From contig NC_134027.1 of the NCBI RefSeq assembly GCF_964204645.1, positions 620,001 through 684,000 on the forward strand: DNA of 64,000 nucleotides. Reading direction: 5' to 3'. Positions 1-11,630 of this stretch are shown piece after piece. The translations under genes were made by a program, and so were the position numbers. A model generated the notes under the pieces. That model saw nothing but the letters and a program-made list of their open reading frames with translations, did not search any database and was not told the origin of the DNA. The stretch comes from Tubulanus polymorphus. Taxonomy: Eukaryota > Animalia > Nemertea. Each line of letters begins with the position of its first letter. Within the stretch, counting starts at the first letter, position 1.

Positions 1-340
1 GTATCCATTTTTTTGCCCGATCGCAACGATTAAATTCGCCGGTGAATTTATACGCCCGATACGAGCGGGTACCGATCTATCTATAAATCGGCCGTCACGG
101 TGATTTCGTCGCCCGCCGACATTAAACATGTTCGATATTTACGCCGGTGTTCGGGTCACTTGTTAATTCGCTCGTCTTGTCGGCAAGTTTAAAAAGATTT
201 AGAAAAAACTACAAATTCTCATTCCTGAATAAACTGGATTCACCTGGGTTCAGTTTCATGAGACACAGTTCAAACTGCTCTTGAATTTGAGTTTGTAATT
301 AATGTATGTGATTATAATGAATTGTATTTTTGTTTTACAG

Positions 341-3300
341 CTTTGGCATTTCGGTTAAGTCGTGCGTTCCGGCGGGAGGAGTTCGTCAGAATATTTCTTC
401 CAGAGTGTAAGTAGTTTAACTATTTTCATACAATATCATTTAGTGTGACGTGTGTTACTGATTCAGGCACGGATCCAGGAATGTTTCCAAGACAGGGTTC
501 ATAAAAATCCTGACTAAAATCTCTAATAATAGCCGGGGCCTATACGGCATATTTTTTGGCCAAACATAAGGCCTTTTTTTAATAGCGTGGTTTGGTTGCT
601 CCCAAAATTTGAAGAAACATAAAATAAAAAAGAATTAGAAAAAAAATTTTTTATTCCTGTCTGTGAAACAAATTCAGTGAAAAACCGAGCAAAAAAGATT
701 TTTCACCTCGGCCGAATGAGAATCCTGGATTGAACGATGAAACAATTGAAAAACGCGAGGTTCTTTTTTGATCGCAGTGTGCAGAATTCAAACTTTCCAA
801 ACTTTTAGACACATGTATATTGCCCTATTGACAGTTCCCTCTTCCTTCTAAAAGTGATTTTATCTCACTGAGGGAATTTTAAAAAAATTTTCTCTGAAAT
901 GATATGGTAGCGTTTTTTTTTTGCTTTAAAAATTTTTTGGTAGCCGATCAGCGGGGTCACGACCCCTGAAACCCTCCCTGGATCCGCGCCTATGATATCT
1001 CCTCAAAATCTAATAAAAACTTTCAATGAATTAATGCTGTAATGACGATATGTAGCCATCTGTCTATTTGAATGCATTTGCAAAAAGCCAAAAAGAAATA
1101 GTAGCAGAATTTTGGCTAAAAGTTTAGAATACCCAAATTCAACATTGCTTGCAGCAGACGGAATTTCCGCCATTTTGGTTAACAGGGGATTCCCCCCTCC
1201 GGTACTTCCCATGATCAATAGTGTCTATGACGCGTTGCGTACGGAATGCCATGGAATTCCCTCACATGATTTATGATAATAATGTTTACTTGCATTCTGA
1301 TTGGTTAAAATCGCATGTAGTTTGAACGTAGGCAATGTTTACATTTGTAACGTCACCGGCGAGTCGCTGACATTAACGTAGTCATTGAGTTAACATTATC
1401 TTGCACTGAATGGTGATATCAATCGCATTCATTTTATAAATATTTTGAATATGAATTTGTTTTTATATATCAACTGCGAGTAACAGTGTTACGCTATTGA
1501 GTCTTAAGAGACAGCCTTTATGGACCTTATTGGTTGTTATAACTCACAAGCTGACTGAGTTAGCATTCTGGATCCGTCAGATTAGTTACTTCTAGAAAAT
1601 ATGTTAGTCACATTTTCTGACTATATTCTGGAAAACAGTGGAAGCTTGTATCCACCCTAGATTAGAACCAATCAGAATAGAACCAATCAGAATACACTAT
1701 TTTTTACAGAAAATGTATTTATGACAATTGCGTAAGGTTTTAGTAAAATAGTGTTTTTTCTCGAGTAGTTGCCGAAGAAGCATAAAAATTTGATTCAATT
1801 TCATTCAGATTTAAACAAACAAATCGAATTTCATTTCATTCAGCGCAAACTTCAAATCTAATTAAGATTTTGTTCAGTATGAATAAGTTGCAAATCATTG
1901 AGAGGAAAAAATAATTAATTGTGTTACTTAAAAAAATCACAATTGTACTGTGTTTATCAAAACAGGAGACCACAGGACCTTTGGTCCTCTAGTATTCTTT
2001 TCCTAGTTATTCCAAAAACACTAAAACAGTCCAATCAGCGATCGCTGCCAGACCAACACGATTACATTGAAATCAAACTTAAGTAACATCAGGCGCCCCC
2101 TGTTGGAATAATATTCATAGCCGTAGCATCGAAACCATTCGACTTGTTGTTTAATGTATTTCTCTCTATTTTTATTTTACAGTGGTGAACATTTTAGAAG
2201 AATGTCCGTTTGGGGACTTGGTGGGGGAATTCAAAAGAAACTTGGTTCCCGATAGGATACCACCACCGGTTAATCCTATGTCGCCCGCTGCTGCCCCTCC
2301 CCCACGTCCATTAAATTCGCCTCAGCAGCGGCCTGTCAGACAGCCGCCCCCGGCCGCCACTCGTTCGTCAGACAGAGTCCGGGGACGGCTGTTTGAAGGA
2401 GATCTGACGGAGGTAAGAATCTTTATTTGTTTTCATATTTTATTCAGGATATCAGTTGAAGTTCAGCAAATAAATTACCAGACCTGTAAACAGAAGAGTA
2501 GTCATAAATTTCCATTTGCGGGTAAAACCCCATAGTCGAAAACCTTCGGTTATTGATCTATATCTGCTTAAGACCAATGGTTGTACACACGAGTGCGAAA
2601 ACTTATCGCTCAAACTTTGATTGTATCCATGGTAACGCGTACAGTATACTATGCGTGACTTACCGTTTCCTATCACTGGAATACAATACTGTTTTTGACC
2701 ATGAGCGCCATCTGCGGCGGTCATAACGGACTGACTGGTGATTGGCTGAAATGCTCGTCTACCGTGGTGACGATTATTCGGTGTTACACGTGCAGCAGAC
2801 ACGTCTCTGAATATCTAACATTTGATTGTTGTAACTCATCGGGAAAAATGTGTTTATGAGTCGATTGAGAAAATTGGCTGCGTACGTCAAGAAGGCGGCT
2901 GATATTTGTATCGTGTGACCCCTCGTCCCGGTAATATGCCGACCCATGTACACCTGAGACCAGTTGCATAGTCAGAGCTTAGAATTAAGACCGTTCTAAG
3001 ACCAACTTAGTTCTATAGCCGATCTAATAACTTAAGACCAGTCTTTAGATTTAAGACCACTTTTGGACTTAAGTCTTGACCATGGAATCGGCCCCAGATG
3101 CTTATTCCGCTGTATTGGATGCTGACGTGCTCGTGTCTTCCAGCAATGTTGTTATTCACCAAAAATATCATGTTTTGTTCGAATAACACGATTCATCTGA
3201 GTCTGGGTTTAACGGATGACACGTTCAAACAGAACTACGAAATCAATATCAGAAGTCCTTTTATATTGAAACGGTCCCAGAAGTCCCTGTTATAATGGGT

Positions 3301-3912
3301 ACTTTTTCAAAAAAAGTAACGAGAACTCCGATGGCTTTCCGTATTCACCGAACTATTTCTATGAGCGTCACTCGTAGATTTACCGAAACGCCACCTTGTG
3401 GCACGATATCCTAACTACGTATAGGTGTTTTATTTGCTGAATCGCTGGTTTCTCATTCTGATTTTTTATGTAGTGTTTAATTTTATACTAAACAAATTTT
3501 TCACTTTTTCTCTTTACAGACACGACCACCGCCTAAAAAAACTAGAACAAAAAGGAAAAGAAAAGTTGCGGTCGTCGTGGCTCCGCAGGGAGGAGGAGCA
3601 AGAGTGGTCCCGGCGGATGGTGCGGCTGACGAAGGTAATCGGGAGGAAGGGGAGGGGATAAATAGGAAGCGGCCGAGGAGGGATGGTGGTGGGGCTGGGG
3701 ATGGTGCGGGTCCTGCTCCTCCTGCTCCTCCATCCGTATCTCGGGCGGTCACTCGTTCACTCGCCAAAAAGCTGGCGAGTGAACGAGTGGCCCGAGAGGT
3801 AGAGGTGGTGGCCCGACATACGGATGGAATGTGGGAGGAGCGGCTTCGTTCGGGGACAATTCCGGATTTGTTAACCGATCTAAAAAATATTCTTTCAGTG
3901 AAGGGATATTAG
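341..3912 (+). CDS. Orphan three-exon gene model, 5'-incomplete (exons 341-406, 2183-2412, 3520-3912); Pro/Arg/Gly-rich with NLS-like motifs
   Basis: Pyrimidine-tract TACAG acceptors precede 341, 2183 and 3520, and GTAAG donors start at 407 and 2413. Intron phases are compatible (1, then 0), giving LAFRLSRAFRREEFVRIFLPE-L-VNILEECPFGDLVGEFKRNLVPDRIPPP...EGDLTE-TRPPPKKTRTKRKRKVAV...RLRSGTIPDLL. Paralogous exons at 31.0-33.6 kb differ largely at synonymous sites. Confidence 0.65.
464..992. mobile_element. MITE-like non-autonomous DNA element in intron 1
   Basis: Terminal inverted repeats CAGGCACGGATCCAGG / CCTGGATCCGCGCCTA; an internally deleted inverted copy lies at about 33292-33522. Confidence 0.7.
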
Positions 3913-4529
3913 GTGCCTTGAACGCATGAGTCGTTCATGCGCGCCTAATATGCCTTCACTGAAAGAAAATCAACTATAACATGTACCACATATTTTTTGA
4001 TTTAATTTTAGTCCAATTCCACAATTATTTCGGCTTACAATAGTGTCTTCAATTCTTTAAAGCCCAAAGCACCTTTTTGACTCAACATCCAGTATGAAGG
4101 TGGTCGGGAATTGGGCCTGTTTTCTTCGATTTTTGTATCCCGCCCAGCATACTGGTTGTTGACTCGAAAAGGTGCTCGCTCTGGGAGCTTATCAAAGGCA
4201 GGTGATGGGAAAGGTGCCATCACACACTCTCCTTTGATAAGTTTCCTAGAGTGTCACGGGCTTTAACGGATTGAATTCACTATAATACCAATTTTCCAAA
4301 ATCAATTTAATTTCTTTCAGGCCATTCTTTTTCCATGTTTTTCTGGTACATGTTATGGTTGATTTCCATTTTCGAAAATCCGGAATTGAAGCCGTTCGAA
4401 GTCGGGGGGATGGTGGTGGGGTTGGGTTAGTTTAGGGTTCCTCTCTGATTACCTTCTTTAGCTCATCATCCGTGCAGGTGGCGCTTGCTCTTCTAGCCGG
4501 TGTTCCCTGGGGTAAACATTTTAAATTAA

Positions 4530-5140
4530 AAAGATAAAAAATTTAAAAAAAATTATAAAATCTTTAAAAATCTCATCTCATTTCATCCAATTTATTTATT
4601 TGCGGGTGCGATTCCTATCGCACCCATTCATGTCATTCATCCAAAAAAAATTAAAAAATTAAAAACAAAATAGAAAATTATAAAATCTTAAAAAATCTCA
4701 TCTCATTTCATCCAATTTATTTGCGGGTGCGATTCCTATCGCACCCATTCATGTCATTCATCCAAAAAAAATTAAAAAATTAAAAACAAAATAGAAAATT
4801 ATAAAATCTTAAAAAATCTCATCTCATTTCATCCAATTTATTTGCGGGTGCGATTCCTATCGCACCCATTCATGTCATTCATCCAAAAAAAATTAAAAAC
4901 TAAAAAGGAAAAAAAAATATAAAAATTTTAAAAATGTCATCTCATTTCATCCAATTTATTTGCGGGTGCGATTCCTATCGCACCCATTCATGTCATTCAT
5001 CCAAAAAAAATTTAAAAATTAAAAACAAAATAGAAAATTATAAAATCTTAAAAAATCTCATCTCATTTCATCCAATTTATTTGCGGGTGCGATTCCTATC
5101 GCACCCATTCATGTCATTCATCCAAAAAAAATTTAAAAAC
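4530..5140. repeat. ~121-bp tandem repeat x5, each unit with a 9-bp-stem hairpin
   Basis: GGGTGCGAT-TCCT-ATCGCACCC recurs at about 4604, 4725, 4846, 4964 and 5085. Confidence 0.95.
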
Positions 5141-5394
5141 TAGAAATTAAAGTTCTAAGTTTGTTGTTAGATTCTATTCAAAGAACGTTGTAAAGTTCTT
5201 AATTTGTCGTAAAAAACGTTTGAAAAAAAGAACTTCTTAAAGTTCTCAATCTGCCGTAAAATGCAATTGAAAAGATTATAACTCACATGAAAATTAAAAC
5301 GATAAAATAATTGATAAATAATCATTAATAAAAATTGAACTTTGGTCTCGCAATGTTTCCCCGTTATGCATTTTTTACTCGTCGTCAAACATCG

Positions 5395-5984
5395 GCAGCT
5401 CATCGTCGATACTCGCAGCTCGATACACAACAGCAGTTCGTCGTCGATACACACCAGCAGTTCGATACACGCCAGCAGCTCGATACACACCAGCAGCTCG
5501 TCGTCGATACACACCAGCAGTTCGTCGTCGATACACACCAGCAGTTCGTCGTCGATACAGACCAGCAGTTCGTCGTCGATACACACCAGCAGTTCGTTGT
5601 CGATACAAACCAGCAGTTCGATACTCACCAACAGCTCGATACACGCCAGCAGTTCGTCGTCGATACACACCAGCAGTTCGTCGTCGATACACACCAGCAG
5701 TTCGTCGTCGATACACACCAGCAGTTAGTCATCGATACACACCAGCAGTTCGTCGTCGATACACACCAGCAGCTCGATACACACCAGCAGTTCGTCGACA
5801 CTCACCAGCAGCTCGTCGTCGATACACACCAGCAGTTCGTTGTCGATACACACCAGCAGTTCGATACTCACCAGCAGCTCGATACACACCAGCAGCTCGT
5901 CGATACTCACCAGCAGCTCGATACTCACCAGCAGCTCGTCGTCGATACACACCAGCAGCTCGATACACACCAGCAGCTTGATAC
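5395..5984. repeat. 18/21/24-bp minisatellite (CAGCAGTTC(GTC)0-2GATACACAC)
   Basis: Repeats directly visible; all unit lengths are multiples of 3, which explains the overlapping ORFs in several frames. Confidence 0.95.
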
Positions 5985-6089
5985 CAAAACAGCTTTTAGC
6001 TGGTGAAAACCTACCCCCCCATCGGGGTTAAACATGATCAAGCTATTATTCTAGGAATATAACTGTTGCAAGGGAAGTTAAGATTCATT

Positions 6090-7600
6090 AACCTAAACTT
6101 GATACAAAGAGATTATTGCTAATTATGAATTTCAAGGGTTTAAAAACTGATTTAAAAATCTTGAAAGACGCTCGGTCTCACTAGAGATTTTCATCTTAAA
6201 GATTTATTGTCCTCTTACTATTGTTTAGGTGATCTATAATTTGGTTAATGCTGCTGTTGGAAAGATGCCAGAAGAAAGTTGATTCATGCACATCTTCACT
6301 TCACGTATTTATTGCACAAGGCGCCGACTTGCACCTGCACTACACCATTCACACTTCATCACTTCTGCATCTTTATCAATTAATTCTGGCATCTATTTGA
6401 AAATTACTTTAAACATCAGATCTCAAACTGAAACATTGAGGTATTGAATTTCAAACTGAAATATCGAGCTATCGAATCTCGATCTCAAATGTTTACTGGA
6501 AGCCATATTTGATGTTGTATTATTCATCATAGATTGTTTAGTGTTTTCTGGCATATGCGGGCCATTTAAGATGGTCAGATAAATTCCCCGGTGGAAAATA
6601 TATCTCGTGGAAGAGTCATGGAAATGAAAAATATCTTATGTAGATGTGAAGTTAGGAACCTTGCAACAGTTATTCCACCTGAGGATAATTTGATATAAGA
6701 TGAATCAGTTATTGGATCATTTAACTGAAGCCAAATATAGTGAAAATTCTTAGTACAAATTTGTCTCAAACTACAATTGAAAGGACTTATCACAGTTCTA
6801 ATTCGACTCTAGGTGCGTTCAGAAGAACTTCTTAACAGTGAAAAAACTTGACTAAAAATCAGGAATCGACCCTGTTCATTGATAAGATTTGATCTTTATT
6901 TGAAGATTAAGAATCAAACTCGCTAATTCACAATTTTTGGTAGTAAATACTGTTGATCCATCATATTCGCAGCCCCCGTGGGCTTACCAATCCATCATAC
7001 GTGCAGCCCCCTTGGGCTTACCAGTCTATCATACTCGCAGCCCCAGTGGGCTTATCAATCCATCATACGTGCAGCCCCCTTGGGCTTACCAGTCTATCAT
7101 ACTCGCAGCCCCAGTGGGCTTACCAGTCCATCATACGTGCAGCCCCCTTGGGCTGAATTTGAATATTTGATACGCGACGCGCGTGATTGAAGCTTTGTTT
7201 ATGTTCGTGCTTGCCGCGATGAATTGTCATTAATATATCCTCCGTACAGGAGGACCATGAAAAGGTTTGAAGGGATCCCTAGTTAGCGCTTGTCCAGGTT
7301 TGGCTCTGGACCCGCTTGTTCGACTAGGCATCTTGTTGGAAATTTTGTCGACTGAAACTTTCGTAACTTTCGTTTTAGACCTCACTTAGAAACCGCCTTA
7401 TTCTTCTGCCGTAGATGTTGACTGTGTCGTACCCACAGTAGTATCATTTGAGATCTTCAAAGTCTCATTAGCCATCTTAAATTCAAATAGTTTCGGACAT
7501 TTGAGGTCCTCATCAACTCCGGGTCTTCATTCAACTGCAGTTACTGCCATTTGCCAGTGTCTGATGTAGAAGTGTCTGACTTGACATTTTGATTTTCAGA
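6090..7600 (-). pseudogene. Possible decayed coding sequence, a distant member of the local gene family
   Basis: Stop-interrupted but protein-like frames: VDEDLKCPKLFEFKMANETLK..., TGSIPDF (compare SGTIPDL at about 3850) and MPELIDKDAEVMKCEWC. Confidence 0.3.
6957..7153. repeat. 34-bp minisatellite x6 with alternating A/B variants
   Basis: CCATCATACGTGCAGCCCCCTTGGGCTTACCAGT alternates with the ...ACTCGCAGCCCCAGTGGG... variant at a 34-bp period. Confidence 0.95.
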
Positions 7601-7869
7601 ATTAAAACCTTTTTCTATTAAAGAAATTAGATATTGGTTAAAAAAAACGAGTGAATAATTGTTTGTAAGAAAAAAGAAAATCTTGTTAGAAAAAAATATA
7701 GATGTAAAAAAATATAGATGTAAGAAAAAAAAGTATATTGTAAATCGACGAGACAACAGAACCAGCATCAGCAACAACAACATCAGAGGAAGCAGTAACC
7801 AGTTATTTATCAGCTCCATAAATTACTGAAACGAAATCCACAACTTGGAAACCAGACACACTCGACTCT

Positions 7870-9520
7870 AGAATTGTTTATACAACTGTCAACATGGAGT
7901 TCATCTCACAAGCAAATTAGGTAATTATCTTATGATTTTGTATGAAATGCTAATTTTACATTTTTGCATTTAAGTTTAAATGAGTTTAAAATCACGTTTC
8001 ATTTGTTGTTTATTTTGTCGTTTCAGTTTTCAATTTGCCGAGATTAGTCGTCAGAAAACTGTTACAACGGAAACTAATGTATCAAAGACTTGATTTGGCA
8101 AAGATTGAAGAAATCCTGCGAAAAGATTATTCATGAATTGTTCATACAACTGTCAACATGGAGTTCATCTCACAAGCAAATTAGGTAATTATCTCATGAT
8201 TTTGTATGAAATGCTAATTTTTACATTTTTGCATTTAAGTTTAAATGAGTTTAAAATCACGTTTCATTTGTTTTTTATTTTGTCGTTTCAGTTTTCAATT
8301 TGCCGAGATTGGTCGTCAGAAAACTGTTACAATGGAAACTAAGATAACAAAAACTTGATTCGGAAAAGATTGAAGAAATCTTGCGAAGAGATTGTTCATA
8401 GAACTGTCAACATGGAGTTCATCTCACAAGCAAATTAGGTAACTATCTTATGAAATTGGATGAATTGCCGATTGTACATTTTTGCATATCAAGTAGGTGT
8501 AATTGAATGTTTGTCAACCTAACTCTTATAAAACTGTGTTAACCGTTGAACAGGATTCTAGAACTGTGCAGAAAACCCGTTATCGCTGCTTTGCAGCTAT
8601 ATTTATCTTATGATTTTGTATGAAATGCTAATTTTTGCATTTACGTTTAAATGAGTTTAAAATCATGTTTCATTTGTTGTTTATTTTGTCTTTTCAGTTT
8701 TCAATTTGCCGAGATCAGTCGTCAGAAAACTGTTACAACGGAAACTAAGATATCAAAGACTTGATTTGGCAAAGATTGAAGAAATCCTGCGAAAAGATTA
8801 TTCATGAATTGTTCATACAACTGTCAACATGGAGTTCATCTCACAAGCAAATTAGGTAATTATCTCATGATTTTGTATGAAATGCTAATTTTTACATTTT
8901 TACATTTAAGTTTAAATGAGTTTAAAATCACGTTTCATTTGTTGTTTATTTTGTCTTTTCAGTTTTCAATTTGCCGAGATTAGTCGTCAGAAAACTGTTA
9001 CAACAGAAACTAAGATATCAAAGACTTGATTTGGCAAAGATTGAAGAAATCCTGCGAAAAGATTATTCATGAATTGTTCATACAACTGTCAACATGGAGT
9101 TCATCTCACAAGCAAATTAGGTAATTATCTCATGATTTTGTATGAAATGCTAATTTTTACATTTTTACATTTAAGTTTAAATGAGTTTAAAATCACGTTT
9201 CATTTGTTGTTTATTTTGTCTTTTCAGTTTTCAATTTGCCGAGATCAGTCGTCAGAAAACTGTTACAACGGAAACTAAGATAACAAAGACTTGATTTGGC
9301 AAAGATTGAAGAAATCCTGCGAAAAGATTATTCATGAATTGTTCATACAACTGTCAACATGGAGTTCATCTCACAAGCAAATTAGGTAATTATCTTATGA
9401 TTTTGTATGAAATGCTAAATTTTACTCGTTATTTTTTTACTAATAAGTTGACTTTGAAATCTTTATTTATTTCTTGTTTATTTTGTCTTTTCAGTTTTGA
9501 ATTTGCCAAGATTCACATGT
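7870..9520 (+). repeat. 265-bp tandem repeat x~6, each unit one exon-like plus one intron-like segment
   Basis: TACAACTGTCAACATGG at 7881, 8146, 8817, 9081 and 9346, with a variant near 8401. TTTCAG acceptor and AG|GTAATT donor recur in the units. Interrupted by unrelated sequence at about 8490-8605. Confidence 0.95.
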
Positions 9521-9609
9521 AGCAGATATAATGGAATTAAGTATTGAGAACCGCAACTTAACAATAAACCGGATCAACTTAATATAGTGCTGAGGACCAA
9601 AAATAAACA

Positions 9610-10461
9610 ATAAACCCGACCAGTGTAATTCAGTGTCGAGAACCGCAGTTAAATGATGAACCCGACCAGTGTAATTCAGTGTTGAGAACCACAATTAAAC
9701 GATGAACCGGACCAGTGTAATTCAGTGTCGAGAACCACAATTAAACGATGAACCTGACCAGTGTAATTCAGTGTCGAGAACTGCAATTAAATGATGAACC
9801 GGACCAGTATAATTCAGTGTCGAGAACCACAATTAAACGATGAACCTGACCAGTGTAATTCAGTGTCGAGAACCACAATTAAACGATAAACCCGACCAGT
9901 GTAATTCAGTGTCGAGAACCGCAATTAAACAATGAACCCGACCAGTGTAATTCAGTGTCGAGAACCGCAATTAAAGGATGAACCGGACCAGTGTAATTCA
10001 GTGTCGAGACCAACAATTAAACGATAAACCCGACCAGTGTAATTCAGTGTCGAGGACCACAATTAAACGATGAACCGGACCAGTGTAATTCAGTGCTGAG
10101 AACCACAATTAAACGATGAACCCGACCAGTGTAATTCAGTGTCGAGGACCACAATTAAACGATGAACCGGACCAGTGTAATTCAGTGCTGAGAACCACAA
10201 TTAAACGATGAACCCGACCAGTGTAATTCAGTGTCCAGAGCCGCAGTTAAACAATGAACCGGACCAGTGTAATTCAGTGTCGAGAACCGCAATTAAACGA
10301 TGAACCGGACCAGTGTAATTCAGTGTCGAGAAACGCGATTAAACGATGAACCGGACCAGTGTAATTCAGTGTCCAGAGCCGCAGTTAAACAATGAACCAG
10401 ACCAGTGTAATTCAGTGTCGAGAACCGCGATTAAACGATGAACCGGACCAGTGTAATTCAG
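9610..10461. repeat. 46-bp minisatellite x~18
   Basis: AAACGATGAACCGGACCAGTGTAATTCAGTGTCGAGAACCACAATT at a 46-bp period (9618, 9664, 9710...). Confidence 0.97.
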
Positions 10462-10654
10462 TTTCGTAATAACCGCAATAAAACGATTATCTGGAGTTGT
10501 AAAAGTGTTGTGTATTTGCGTAGTGGATCAAGTGGAAGGATTTTAAGTGTATTTGGTGACTTTAATTCGTTCGCATCCAACAGAATCAACAAAGACATTA
10601 CAAAAAACGACAAAAAATGATTGAATGTAAATGCATTGAATTTAGGTTTGTTGA

Positions 10655-11630
10655 TCAAGATAATCACTGATCAAGATTGACAGTTATAATCCATAATTGT
10701 TGAACTTGATCAGAGATTTTCAAGATCGATTTTAAGGTGATTCAGAAGTTTAAATCTGATGTTTTAATCTCTGGGACTCAGATATTAAATCAATAGATTT
10801 TTACTGCTGAATGATCTTCATGTACAGATGAGCTACAATTGTTCCTAGCGTGTTCTGTTAAGACTGATTAAAGGGTGGAAAAACTTGACTCAAATTCAAA
10901 TTGAGTCAAGTTTTTCTAAGATAATCTCTGATCAAGATCGGCAGTTACCGGTATAATCCATAATTGTTGAACTTGATTGGTGATATTCAAGATCTGTTTT
11001 AAGGTGATTCACAAGTTTAAATCTAATGTTTTAATCTCTGGGTTCCAGATATTAAATCAATAGATTTTTACTGCTGAATGACCTTCGTGTTCAGATAAGC
11101 TACAATTGTTCCTAGTGTGTTCTGTTAAGAAAGGGTGGAAAAACTTGACCCAAATTCAAATTGAGTCGAGTTTTTCCAAGATAATCTCTGATCAAGATCG
11201 GCAGTTATAATCCATAATTGTTGAACTTGATTGGAGATTTTCGAGAACTGTTTTTAAGGTGATTCAGAAGTGTGAATCTGATGTTTTAATCTCTGGGTTT
11301 CAGAGATTAAATAAATAGGTTTTTACTTCTGAATCACTTCGGGTTTAGGTAAGTTAAAGTGGTTCCTATTGTAATCTGTTAAACTGATTAAAGGGTGGAA
11401 AACTTGATTCAAATTAATAATCTGAATCAAGTTTTCCAATGATAATCCGCGATCAAGTTCAGCAGTTATAATTCATAACTGTTGAACTCAATTCACAATT
11501 AAATGAACTGTTTTAAGGTGATTCAGAAGTATAAATCTGATGTTCTAATCTCTGGGTTTCAGAGATTAAATCAATAGGCTTTACTTCTGGATCACTGTTG
11601 GGTTTTGATAAGTTGTAAGTTGTTCCTATT
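10655..11630 (+). repeat. ~260-bp diverged tandem repeat x~3.8 made of three consecutive hairpins per unit (candidate structured RNA)
   Basis: Units start near 10657, 10918, 11178 and 11438. Unit-1 hairpins are at 10662-10718, 10734-10818 and 10878-10916. Confidence 0.85.

Noticed and set aside
1003-1218. ORF with FGYSKL as a RecQ/Academ helicase start
   Set aside because: The motif is too short and no helicase motifs follow.
8020-8065. Minus-strand CTGACGA...GAAA in the 265-bp repeat as a retrozyme hammerhead
   Set aside because: Stem II does not close next to GAAA and no stems I or III were found.
9610-10461. CRISPR-like regular repeats (also the 38-, 47- and 53-bp arrays)
   Set aside because: Units are head-to-tail with no unique spacers, there are no cas genes, and the context is intron-containing eukaryotic DNA.
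10860-10925. Hammerhead ribozyme in the 260-bp unit (CTGATTA...GAAA plus hairpin)
   Set aside because: The core is CTGATTA rather than CTGANGA, there is no stem II or stem I, and the motif is deleted in unit 2.
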